NCBI GenBank assembly: GCA_018433675.1
Contig: JAHDQS010000045.1
Span: forward strand, 70,356 to 134,355
Reading direction: 5' to 3'
Length of the DNA: 64,000 nucleotides
From: Clostridia bacterium
Lineage (GTDB): Bacteria; Bacillota; Peptococcia; DRI-13; SM3-B62
Shown here piece by piece: positions 1 through 13,000 of this stretch (position 1 is its first letter; every line of letters starts with the position of its first letter). Position numbers and translations under genes: made by a program. Under the pieces are notes generated by a model, which was given only the letters and a program-made list of their open reading frames with translations, was not told the origin of the DNA and did no database searches.

Positions 1-1010
1 AGGCAAAGGGGCAGGTGCTGCTGCAGCTTCTGGCGGAAGCGGGAGAGGGTGGGCAGCTTGCTTACGCTTGCGGAGGATTGTTGAGGACCGCTCGTCTGGA
101 AAATCCCAAAATCAACGGGCAAATCATTACGGTGGAGCAATTATCCGGACAGCCGGTAAAGACTGTTGCCCGTCTTTTGCAAAGAGAGGCTGCAGGCTGC
201 AGGGATGGATGCCTGGAGGTATGCTACCGGGGAGAACCCTTGCGACGTTACCGGAAAAAGCTGCGGGAGATAACGGCAAAAGCCGAAAAACGAGCCTCGT
301 GGCTGAAGGAAAACGGGGTTTACCTCATCACCGGCGGTCTAGGGGGATTAGGTCTTTTACTGGCCGGGTATCTGGCCGGTAAGAGCAAGGTCAAACTTGC
401 CTTGTTGGGACGGAAAGAATTAAGTATTAAAACCGAAGAATCGCTCAGGCAATTGAGGAAGAAGGGTGCAGAAGTCCTGTATCGCCAAGTGGATGCAGGT
501 AATAAAGAGGATGTGGTCAAAGTCGTTGAAGATATCAGGAAGACTTTGGGGCCGCTTGCCGGGGTGTTCCACTGCGCCGGGGTGTTAAAGGATAAGGTGA
601 TTATTCAAAAGGGACAGGATGAAATAAAAGAGGTATTCAGACCGAAAGTACACGGTCTGTGGAATTTAGATGAAGCCGTCGGGTCGGAGAAGCTCGACTT
701 TTTTGTGGCCTTTTCTTCCCTTTCGGCTGTGCTGGGAAACCTGGGACAGGCGGATTACGCCGGTGCCAACGCTTTTATGGACAGCTTTGCCGAGCTGCGT
801 CGTCTGAGGGTCGAAAAGGGAGAACGATACGGCAGGACCATGACTGTGAATTGGCCCTTGTGGTCCGCAGGAGGGATGAGGGTCGATTATGAGACAGAGA
901 AAAAGTTTTACCATGATTTGGGATTGAGTCTCTTGCCGACGGTCTTTGGTCTTTGGGCCTTAGAAGCGGTAATGGCTCAAGAAGAAGCCCAGAGTGTGGT
1001 GCTTTACGGA
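1..1010 (+). other. PKS domain KR-a (structural subdomain cut by window edge)
   Basis: LLRTARLENP structural motif; Rossmann GVYLITGGLGGLG (~nt 311); HCAGVLKD; GQADYAGANAF. Confidence 0.85.
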
Positions 1011-4000
1011 CATGAGGAGAGAATTAAAAAGCACCTGGATGGATACAACGAAGGCGGGGAGGCTACAGCAGTCGGAGAGAACAGCGGGGCAGGGACAGAG
1101 GCGGAAATATGGCTGGGTGAAGACCGGAAGTCTGTCGATACTGATGAAGTGGCGATTATTGGGCTGGCGGGTCGTTATCCCCGCTCGGAGACCATCGAGG
1201 AATACTACCGCAACCTGCGGGAAGGGAAGGACTGTATCACCGGTTTTCCCCGGGAAAGATGGAAGAACTACCGGTTTTCCTACGATGTGGAGAAGTTCTA
1301 TCGATATGGCGGTTTTCTTAAGGGCATTGATTGCTTTGATCCCCTCTTTTTTAATATTTCTCCCCGTCAGGCGGAGAGGATGGATCCCCAGGCCAGGTTG
1401 TTCCTGGAAACGGCTTGGGAGGCTTGTGAGGATGCAGGATGGTGTCAGGACAGGCTTTCGCACCATTACCCCTCGTCAAGCGAGAAAAGCGTGGGAGTCT
1501 TTGTCGGGGTGTTTTGGAGTCACTATGAGTTGTTTGGGGCAGAAATTACCCAAAGGGGTATGCCGCTTTCCTTTGGGATAGGGTCGGCGGCCATAGCAAA
1601 CTGGGTGTCGTACTGCCTGAACCTGCACGGGCCGTCGATGGCTGTCGACAGCATGTGCTCATCTTCATTGACGGCCCTTCACTTGGCCTGTGAGAGTCTG
1701 AGAAAGGGCGAGTGCCATTATGCCATTGCCGGCGGCGTGAATCTTGTTACTCATCCTCATAAGTACATTGCCTTACAGGAAGCGGGGTTTTTGGCTTCGG
1801 ACGGAGTCAGCCGTAGCTTTGGGAAAGGCGGGGACGGGTACGTGCCGGGAGAGGGTGTGGGAGCAGTGCTGGTTACTACCCTGTCTAGGGCGGAGAGAGA
1901 AGGTTATCCCATTTACGGCGTTATCAAAGGCTCCGCCCTCAACCATGTCGGCAAGACAGCGGGAGTGACGGTGCCGGATCCTGTGGCTCAAGCAGAGGTG
2001 ATTGCGGATGCCATTAAACGGGCGGGAGTAGATCCGCGTACCATCGGGTATCTCGAGGCTCATGGTACAGGGACTTCCCTGGGGGATCCCATTGAGGTTC
2101 AGGGTTTACAGAGGGCTTTTGCGAAATGGACTGTGGATAAGCAGTTTTGTGCCATAGGCTCTTGTAAGTCGAATATCGGCCATCTGGAAGCGGCTGCGGG
2201 GATGGCCGGCTTAACAAAGGTCCTGTTGCAGTTTAAACACCGGGAAATATTCCCCTCCTTGCATGCTCGAGAGCTAAATCCGCACATCCCTTTCGCTGAG
2301 ACACCTTTTGTGGTGGTCCAAGAGTTGAGGAAGTGGGAGCCATATTCGGCAGGGACAGATAAGGGTAGCGTGGTTCATCCCCGGCGTGCCGGCATCAGTG
2401 CCTTTGGGGCCAACGGTAGCAACGCCCACCTTATACTTGAAGAATATATCAGGCCGGAGCAGGTCCGGCTTAAAGAAGGACCGACGGCGGCAAGGCTACT
2501 CGTACCCCTTTCTGCCGCCAGCAAAGGGCAGCTGTTGCGTTACGCAGAAAAGCTGTTGGCCTTTTTACTGAAAGAAGAAGGAGTTGGCGACGGAAACGGC
2601 AACCCCATTGCTACGGCTGTCAGGGCAACAGACAGGCTGCTTTTGGAGAAGCCGGAAACGGAAATACAGGAAGTTCTCGCGTTATTACTGGGTGTTGAAA
2701 AAAAGGAAATATCGCCGGAACAGGAGTTTAGCGAGTTGACCATAGCCTATCCTGAACTCCTCGCTTTACATCAGGCCTTGTGTACGAAATGGGGGATAGA
2801 GCTGGCGGAGAAAACCGTTCTTAGCGCCGGTTCTGTTAGCGAATTGGCCGCAGAAATAACGAGCAGGCATCGGGAGGAGCTGGCGGAAGATGCCCTCCGG
2901 CGGCTTGATCCGGTCTCCCTGGCCTATACCCTGCAGGTGGGACGGGAAGCCCTAGAGGAAAGGGTCATTTTTCTGGTCGGAAATATCAAGGAACTGGTAC
3001 GGGAATTGCAAGCCTTTATAGATAGAAAAGGAGAGGCCGGTAATGCCGGCAGTTGTTATGTGGGATCGGTCAAGGAAGATTTGACGGAAGCGGAGGAATC
3101 TGCAGTCGCCCCATGGTTCAATGAGGGTAAGGGAGAACGGTTGGCCGAATTGTGGGTACGGGGAAGGAAAATACCTTGGGAAAATCTCTATGGAGAGGTA
3201 AAGCCTCGGCGGATCAATCTGCCTACTTATCCCTTTGCCAGGGAGAACTATTGGCTGCCGGAAGCCGGAGTAGAAGCAGCCGGTAGAATGCCGTTTTTGA
3301 CGGCAGGTCATGCTCTTCATCCTCTGTTGCATCAGAACACCTCCGACCTTTACGAACAAAGATATACCACAAGCTTCAGCGGAGAGGAGTTTTTCCTGGC
3401 AGACCACCAGGTGGAGGGTAAGAAGATCCTGCCGGGAGCAGCCTGCCTGGAAATGGCCGGAGCAGCGGTAGTCCAGGCTACAGGGGTGCAAGGCGGGGTA
3501 GTGCGGCTGAAAGACGTTGTCTGGATCCGGCCCCTGGTGGTTGATGAAGTACCGCTACAGGTAGAGGTCGGGCTTTCCCTCGGTAAGGAGGGTGAGATTG
3601 CCTTTAGGATATATCAAGGGGAGACGATTTGCAGCCAGGGTACGGCTATTGTTTCAGGTGAGGCGGAGGGCCCAGCGACTGTGGATATTTCCAAGCTTTT
3701 GGAGCAATGCGGGGAAGGGGTTCTTGCGGCTGCAGAATGTTATGAGATCTTTAAAAGGATGGGGTTGGAATACGGGCCCGGACACCAAGGCCTGGAAGAG
3801 ATCCATCTCGGAAAGGAACAGGTGCTGGCCAGGTTGGTCCTGCCTTCTTTCCTGGAGGATACCCTGGATGAATATGTGTTACATCCCGGTATGCTGGATG
3901 CGGCTTTGCAGGCGTCACTGGGCTTGTTGACAGCCGAGGCGGGAGGCCGGGCCATTGACAAACCCTTACTGCCCTTTGCGTTGGAGGAAATAGAAATTAT

Positions 4001-7000
4001 AAAGGGCTGTACCTGCAGGATGTGGGCAGTGGTGCGACAAAGTAGCAAAAGCCTGGTTGGAAGCGGAAGCAGGAGATACGATCTGGAACTTTGCAGTGAT
4101 GACGGCAGCGTGTGTGCCCGCTTAAGGGGTTTAACGATGAGAGAAGGAACAAAGCGGGAGCTAGCGTTTTATGCCCCCATCTGGCAAGAAAGCAGCAACG
4201 CCGAGGAAGGCATAACGGCAACGGGATATGGGCAGCACATGGCAGTGGTGTGCGGGACAGACGAGCTATGGTGCGCGAGTGTGACAAAAAGTCTGCAAGA
4301 GCAAATAGCGGGTATAAAGTGTCTTGTCATACCTTCCCCCCAACAGGAGGTAGCCGCAAGATTCCAGGCTTGTGCTGCCATGGTGCTGGAGGAGGTCGCC
4401 GATATTTTTAAGGAAAAAGCCAGCGAGAGGGTTTTGTTGCAGGTCGTCGTTCCCAAGGAGGGAGAGGAACAGGTCTTGGCCGGGCTTTCCGGTCTCCTGA
4501 GGACGGCCAGGTTAGAAAACCCCCGGTTGGTGGGACAGGTGGTGGAAATGCCGGGGCAGATCGAGGGGACCGGCGTGGCAAAAATCTTGCGGGAGAACGC
4601 CGCAAGGCCTCATGAGGATTGGGTGAGCTATAGGGCTGAGAAACGGTTGGTGAAGTGTTGGCAGGAGGTCACGTCAACATACAAAAAGGAGAAGATGCCC
4701 TGGCAGAAAGGCGGTATCTATCTTTTAAGCGGTGGCGCCGGCGGTTTGGGAAGGATACTGGCAGAGGAAATCGTCAAGAAGGTCGGGGACGTGACCTTAA
4801 TCCTTTCCGGTCGTTCGCCGCTTTCGGAAAAGAAGGCGGCTCGGCTTAAAGAGCTAGGGAAAAAACAGAGCCGGGTTGTATATCGACAGGCAGATATCAC
4901 CGATAAAAAAGAGACTGTCAAGTTGATCCAAGACATTGTCAAAGAGTATGGCCCCCTTAACGGGATTATTCATTGTGCCGGGGTGCTGCGCGATTCCTTC
5001 ATTATCAACAAGACCGGGGAGGAACTGCGGGAGGTGTTGGCTCCGAAAGTGGCCGGACTGGTCAATCTGGATGAGGCCTCAAAGGATTTGCAGCTTGATT
5101 TCTTCCTGCTGTTTTCTTCCGGGGCGGCGGTTTTAGGAAATGTAGGTCAGGCCGATTATGCGGCGGCTAATGCCTTTATGGATATGTATGCCAGTCTTCG
5201 TCAGGATTTAGTGAACAAGGGGCAGCGCCGGGGTAGGACGTTGTCTTTGAACTGGCCTCTGTGGAAGGATGGCGGTATGCAGCCGGACGAGAGAACAGCG
5301 GGATTTATTGAGGAAAGCATGGGTATGGCGGTTCTGACAACAGAGGAAGGGATCCGTGCCTTGTATCGCTCTTTTGCCGGTGAAGAGAACCAGGTCATGG
5401 TGGCAGGAAGTGAGTTCAGACTGCCGGCCTTTCTCCGGGGAGAAAAAGAGGTAAAGGCGGAAAACACGGTCGGTTATGCCGGTGGGGAAGGAGCTGGGGA
5501 AAGCACTGAAGGCATTGTCCCGGAAAAAGTGGAGGGCTTTTTGAAGAAGCTTCTTTCCGTCGAACTGAAGCTGCCGCCGGAACGGATAGAGGCAGATGCC
5601 CTGTTGGAGAAATATGGAATAGATTCGGTGATGGTTTTACGATTGACCAACGAGTTGGAAAAAACCTTTGGATCCTTGTCAAAAACCCTCTTTTTTGAAT
5701 ACCGGAGTATTCGGGAATTAAGCGGATACTTTCTGGAATTCCACCGGGGACGGTTGCTTGAATTGATAAAAACAGGGCAAGATACTCCGGCGGCAACGAT
5801 GCGGAGAAACGGCGGGACTCTGAGGATTGCAGGTGGAAACAGTAAGGCTTCCGAGACATACGGACAGCAGAGGTTTTTAACGAAAGCAGACAGTGCGGGG
5901 CTGGGGAATAAAATCGCGCCGCAGAATAGGGATATTGCCGTGATTGGTCTGGCCGGGCGCTATCCCGGAGCAAGGAACATCAGGGAGTTTTGGCGGGTTT
6001 TACGGGAGGGTAGGGATTGTATTACCGAGATTCCGCGGGAACGTTGGAATCACAGTCAATACTATGACGAGGAAAAGGGCAGATTAGACAAAACCTATAG
6101 CAAGTGGGGCGGCTTTTTGGAAGGCGTGGACGAGTTCGATTCCCTCTTTTTCAACATCTCACCCCGGGAAGCGGAACTTATGGACCCACAGACCAGGTTG
6201 TTTCTGGAATGTGCCTATGCCGCCATAGAGGATGCCGGGTATACCCGCAGGTCCCTTGCTCAGCGTAGTATGGCGGGCTTAAAGGGCAATGTTGGCGTCT
6301 ATGTCGGGGTGATGTACGAGGACTATTTATTGTATGGGGCTCAGGGAGAAAAGAGGGAAAACGGAGGGGCCCTTTTCCCGAATACTTCTTCTATTGCCAA
6401 CCGTGTTTCATATTCAGGCGATTTTCACGGTCCCAGCATGGTGGTCAATACCATGTGTTCTTCCTCCTTGACTTCCCTTCATTTAGCGTGTCGGGGTTTG
6501 CAGCGGGGAGAATGTGAGGTTGCCCTGGCGGGAGGCGTCAACCTTTCCCTTCATCCCCTTAAATATCTCTCTCTGGCCCAGGCTAACTTCCTGTCCAGCA
6601 AGGGACGTTGTGAAAGCTTTGGGAAGGACGGGGACGGGTATGTGCCCGGGGAAGGGGTTGGAGCCGTACTGCTCAAACCCTTGGTTCAGGCAGAGGAGGA
6701 CGGTGATCATATTTACGGCGTTATCAAGGGAACCGTTCTTAACCATGGCGGGAAAACCAACGGCTATACCGTTCCTAACCCTCAGGCCCAGTCTGCGGTT
6801 ATCATCTCGGCCTTGGAGGAGGCCGGTATCAACCCGCGACTTCTCAGCTATCTGGAAGCACATGGTACAGGGACGATTCTGGGTGATCCCATTGAGATCA
6901 ATGCCTTGACCGCCGCTTTTCGTAAGTACACCCGGGATGTTGGTTTTTGCGCCATTGGCTCCGTCAAATCAAACATTGGTCACTGTGAGAGCGCGGCGGG

Positions 7001-10000
7001 GATTGCCGGGGTGACAAAGGTGCTGTTGCAATTGAAATATGGTCGGCTTGTGCCTTCCCTGCACTCTGAGATGCTTAACCCTCACATAGATTTTGACCGC
7101 ACTCCTTTTGTGGTGCAACGGGAAGGGGCAGAGTGGAAAGGGTCCCCGGCCAGGATAGCAGGTGTCTCTTCCTTTGGAGCCGGTGGTGCTAACGCCCATG
7201 TCTTGATTGCAGAATACATACCCGAAAAAGAGAGCAAAGAAGGGACCAAAGGGACGGTTCCGGTGGTTCCGGTGGTGCTTTCCGCCAAGAACGAGGAGCG
7301 CCTGCGGGAGCAGGCGGCCCAGTTGGCAGAGGTCCTTGCCACGGAGGAGTACATGTCTGCTGAGCTTGCCGATGTAGCCTATACGCTGCAGGTCGGGCGT
7401 GAAGCCATGACTGAAAGGCTGGGGATAATAGCGGGTTCTGTTATGGAACTGGCAGATAAGTTGCGTGGCTTTGCAAAGGACGGCGACGGGTCGGAGGGGG
7501 TTTATCGGGGACAGGCCAAGGGCGGCCAAGAGGAATTTGCCCTGTTCTCCTCCGATGAAGACATGCAAGAGGCTGTGGACAAATGGATTACCGGCCAGAA
7601 ATACGCCCAGCTTCTCCAAATGTGGGTCAAAGGCTTTGCTTTTGATTGGCGCAAGCTTTATCCGGGAAGGAGGCCGTGCCGCATCAGTCTGCCGACTTAT
7701 CCTTTTGCTCGGGAGCGTTTCCCACTGCCGGAAATTGGGGGCAGTCGGGCTGGCGGGGTGTCAGCCCTTCATCCGCTGCTGGCCTGCAATACATCGGATT
7801 TATCGGAGCAGCGGTATACCACTGTCTTTACGGGTCAGGAGTTTTTCTTGTCTGACCATGTCGTCAATGGACGGCGCATCCTGCCGGGGGTGGTTTATCT
7901 GGAGATGGCTCGAGCTGCGGTAGCGTTGGCCGCAGGGGATTTTCACGGTAGGGAGGAAAGCTGGTCTTGGCAGAACATTGTGTGGAGCCGACCCTGCGAA
8001 GTGTCGGATATACCCAAAGAAGTACATGTCGGGCTTTATCCCGCAGGGGAGAAAGAAATATCCTTTGAAATATATTCAGCAGCGACAGAGGACCCGGAGG
8101 CAAGAGTGGTGTACAGTCAGGGCTCTGGGGTGCTGCTTTTGTTGCAGGAACCGGAGCTCTTGGATATTGAGGGCTGGAAGCAGGCCTGCAGCCGGGAGGT
8201 CATTCTTGCGGAAGATTGTTATGAGGCCTTCAGGGAAATGGGGATCGAATACGGCCCGGGACACCGGGGGATCGAACGGATATATCAAGGGGAAGGCGTC
8301 GTATTGGCCAAGCTGGCTTTGCCTGCTGCTGTGAGCGGAACTCTGGAGCAGTATGTGCTGCATCCTGCTTTACTGGATGCTGCGCTGCAGGCGGCCGTTG
8401 GTTTTAGCCTGAAAGAGTCCGCACCTCCGACGCCGGCTCTGCCTTTTGCCTTGGACAGTCTGGAAGTCTTCGGCAGCTGTACGCCTGTCATGTGGGCTCT
8501 GCTGCGGGTCAGGGAGCAAGACCTTGGCCGCAGTGAAAGACACGGTATTGAAATTGAGTTGAGTGATGCTCAAGGTGTGGTGCGCGCCAGAATGAAAGGG
8601 CTTGTCACCAGACCTGTTGCTGATAAGAAAGCACCGACAGAAACAGCGGATGTCAATCCGGCCCGGGAGGCTACGTCACCGGGGGGCAAAGTGATGCTGC
8701 TGCCGGTCTGGGATGCGGTTACACCCGCCAAAGGACGGGAGTTTCCGTCGGCGACTCAACGGGTAGTAATTATTGGCGGTCAAAGCGGTCTTCTCGAAGC
8801 GGTGCAGCTGCAGTACCCCCAAGGGGCTGTCTTGTCTCTTCAATCTGGAGAGGGAGTGGAAGAGATAACCAAGAAGCTGGCGGACCAGGGGGAGGTGGAG
8901 CATCTTATCTGGCTTCCCTTGGTGACCCGTAACGGTCCGCCGGAGGATGAGGCTCTGTTTAAGGAACAAAAGGCCGAGGTTATTCAGGTGTTGCGGATCA
9001 TCAAGGCTCTGCTGGGGCTGGGATACGGTGATAAAGAACTGGGTTGGACACTGCTTACGATGGGAAACCAGGCGGCTGTTCAAGGTTTAAGCGGCGTCCT
9101 GGCTAAGGAATATCCCCATTGGCAGGTGAGAGTTGTTGACTTGGAAACCTGTGATGACCTGCCCCTTGCGGAGGTGTTCAAAATCTTGCCGGATCCTCAG
9201 GGGGAGCCTTTGCTGTACAGGAAGGGCGAGTGGCTCAGGCAGAAACTGATCCCGCTGAAATATGTCGGAGAGAAACAGACCCTTTACAGAGAGGGAGGGG
9301 TCTACGTCGTAATCGGTGGTGCGGGGGGTATCGGAGAAGTCTGGAGCGAATATATGATCAAGACTTACCGGGCCCAAATCATCTGGTTGGGCAGAAGGAA
9401 GCAGGATCACAAGATCGAGGAAAAAATAGAGAGGCTTGCTCGTTTAGGACCCGCTCCCCTCTACATTCAGGCCGATGCCACGAGGCTTGAGGATATGGAA
9501 CAGGCCTATGGCCTGATTAAGGAAAGGTACGCTCAGGTCAACGGGGTCGTTCATGCAGCCATCGTTTTACGGGATGGGACATTGGCGAATATGCAGGAGA
9601 GTGATTTCCTGGAGGCCTTTGAGGCGAAGGCCGATGTCTGCCTGCGCCTGGCTCAGGTCTTTAAGGGTGTAAAGCCGGACTTTGTTCTTTTCTTCTCCTC
9701 GGCTCAGTCCTTTGCCAAGCCGCCCGGACAGGGGAACTACACCGCCGGCTGTCTTTTCAAGGATGCCTTTGCCAAACGAATTACCCGGGAATGGGGCTGC
9801 CCCGGGAAGGTGATGAATTGGGGATACTGGAGCCAAGTGGGTGCCGTGGCTTCCTCTAACTACGAGAGGCGCATGGCACAAGCGGGAATAGCCCCAATCG
9901 TTCCTAACGAAGCTATGGAGGCTTTGGAAGGGTTGCTTTCCGGTTCGGGGGAGCAGTGTGTGTTGATTAATACGACTAAGCCCTTGGCAATGGAAGGGGT

Positions 10001-13000
10001 TACAACAAAAGAGGTAATCACTGCTTATCCCGCCAAACTGCCTGCGGTCGTTGACCACTTGCCCCGGGAAGTCCTGCCGGAGGACAGCCGACTGCAACTG
10101 GCGGCTGCTTCGCTAAAACAGCAAGAGGAGATGGAAGAGCTGTTGGGCAGGATGCTGTTGGCTAAATTGAACGTTCTGGGGGTTTCACAGCAAGACGGGA
10201 TCAAGGCAGAGGAAATCGCCAACAGGGCCGGGATTCTTCCCTCCTACGAGAGATGGCTGGACGAAAGTCTTGCCAAGATAGCGCAGCTTCAGGGGGAAGG
10301 TTCTGTTTCAACCGAGGATGAGGGCGAGCTTTGGCAGGAATGGGAACAAAAAAAGGTGTCCTGGCCGGAGAATACGGGGCTTAAGGCGCGGGCCGCACTG
10401 GTGGAAAAAACCCTGGCAGCTTTGCCGGAAGTGCTTACCGGGAAAAGAGCGGCTCCGGATGTAGTCTTTCCCGAGGCTTCCTTCGAATTGGTGGACGGGA
10501 TTTACAGGGATAATCCTCTTGCCGATTACTGTAATGAGGTATTGGCAAGAACGGTAGATTTATATATCCAAGAACTCCTGGGGCAAAAGCCAAAAGCCCG
10601 TCTGCGCCTTTTAGAAATCGGGGCGGGGACCGGAGGTACTACCTCCGTTGTCTTAGAAAGGCTGCAGCCTTATCGGGAGCAAATCGCGGAGTACTGTTAT
10701 ACCGATATATCAAGGTCGTTTTTACTATATGGGGAGCGGGAATTTCCTTCCCGGGCTCCGTATTTGACCTGTCAGGTCTTTGATGTGGAGAAGCCGCCGG
10801 CAGAACAGGGTGTGGCGGTGGATCATTACGACCTGGTGATCGCCGCCAATGTCCTGCATGCCACCCGGAACATACGGCAGACCCTGGGCAATGTCAAAGC
10901 GGTGTTGAAACAAAACGGTCTGCTGCTCATAAACGAGATAAGCGAAAGATCTCTGTTTCTGCATTTGACCTTTGGGCTTTTAGAGGGCTGGTGGCGGTAT
11001 GAAGATTCGTTGCTGCGGATACCGGGCTGTCCGGGGCTGGACCCTCAAGGTTGGCAAAATGTTTTGGGGTTAGAGGGTTTCAGGCAGGTATTCTTTCCGG
11101 CCCAAGGGGCCCACGCTTTGGGGCAGCAAATAGTGGCGGGTGCCAGCGATGGCCTCATCCGGCAAAGGCTGCGGGATGAAGAAGAAACGATTTCTGTGAA
11201 GTCCAGCGGGCCTTTTGGGGTAGAGAAGCAGGTTATTCCTTTAAGGATTACTCCGAGGCAGCAGGGTTCAGAGATAACCGACGATTTGCTTCGCCAAAGG
11301 CTTACGGCATATCTGAGAGGTTTGGTAGGGGAGACCTTAAAAATAGCGGAGGATAAGATTGATACGAGGGAGGATTTTAGAAATTACGGCGTAGACTCGA
11401 TTCTTGTCATCCAACTGACAAATGCCCTGCGCCAGGTGCTGGTTGATGTGAGCACTGCCTTGTTTTTTGAGTATCCGACGATTGATGCCCTGACGGAGCA
11501 TTTCCTGGAGACCCAAAGGGATGCGCTGCTGAAGCTGTGGGGCGGGGAGGAAAGGGAAAGGCAAAAGGAGGGAACAGCTCAACAACAAGAAAGAGGATTT
11601 TCCCGGGTGTATTTCCCAGATGCAGTGCCATTTAGCAGCAGACGGCAAAAGGGACGCTTCCTGCAACGGAGTGAAGATAAAGACGGTATTGCCGTGATAG
11701 GGCTGGCCGGACGCTATCCTCAGGCGGAGGATGTTCATCAATACTGGCTTAACCTAAAAGCCGGAAAAGACTGTATCAGCGAGATTCCACGCGAGAGGCG
11801 GACAGAGGGATGGTCCAATAATTGGGGCGGGTTTATGGACGATATAGATAAATTTGATCCGTTGTTTTTCCGGATTTCTCCTCAAGAGGCGGAAAAAATG
11901 GATCCCCAGGAACGCTTGTTTCTACAGACGGCCTACGCCTGTATCGAGGATGCCGGGTATAGGCCGGAGAGGTTGTGTCCTTCCGGGAAGACCGGGGTGT
12001 TTGTAGGGGTCATGAACGGTAATTACTCTGCCGGAACGCCCTACTGGTCGATTGCCAACCGGGTTTCGTACTGTTTGAACCTGCAGGGACCCAGTATGGC
12101 TGTGGATACAGCCTGTTCTTCTTCGTTGACGGCGCTGCATTTAGCCGTGGAGAGCATCTATAACGGGGTGAGCGAGTGTGCCTTGGCAGGAGGGGTCAAC
12201 TTAGTCGTGGATCCTGTGCACTATCGAAGGTTGACTGCTATGAATATGCTCTCTGTCCAGGGTAAGTGCAGGGTGTTCGGAGAAGGTGCCGATGGATTTG
12301 TCGTAGGCGAGGGCGTTGGTGTGGTATTGTTAAAACCTTTGGCACAAGCGATTGCCGATAACGACCATATTTACGGCATCATTAAGGGAACCGGCATCAA
12401 CGCCGGAGGGAAAACAGGAGGATATACCGTTCCGAATCCCCAGGCTCAGGCCCGGGTGGTCCGTGAAACACTGCAAAAAAGCGGGATCCAAGCCCGCAGG
12501 ATCAGCTATTTAGAGGCCCACGGTACAGGCACGGCTTTGGGAGATCCCATTGAAATAGCGGGTTTGTGCAGAGCCTTTGGCGAGGATACTCAGGATACGC
12601 AGTTTTGTGCCATCGGTTCGGCAAAGTCGAACATAGGGCACGCTGAGAGCGCTTCAGGCATTGCCGGTTTAACCAAGGTGCTGCTGCAGTTACAATACGG
12701 GCAGCTTGTGCCTTCCCTGCATTCCCGGAAGCTCAATCCCGAGATAGACTTTGCCGGGAGTCCCTTTGTGGTGCAGCAGGAGTTGAAAGAGTGGAAACGT
12801 CCGGTCTTGGAGATAGGCGGTGCAAGGAAGGAGTATCCGCGTATCGCCGGTATTTCCTCCTTTGGTGCCGGCGGTGCCAATGCCCACGTCATCGTCGAAG
12901 AGTACGTGCCACGGGAGCAAGGGGTCAGCGGGACGATCATGAACACCAGCGAACCTGTGATGATTGTCCTTTCGGCCCAAGATGAAGAACGGCTTGCTGC

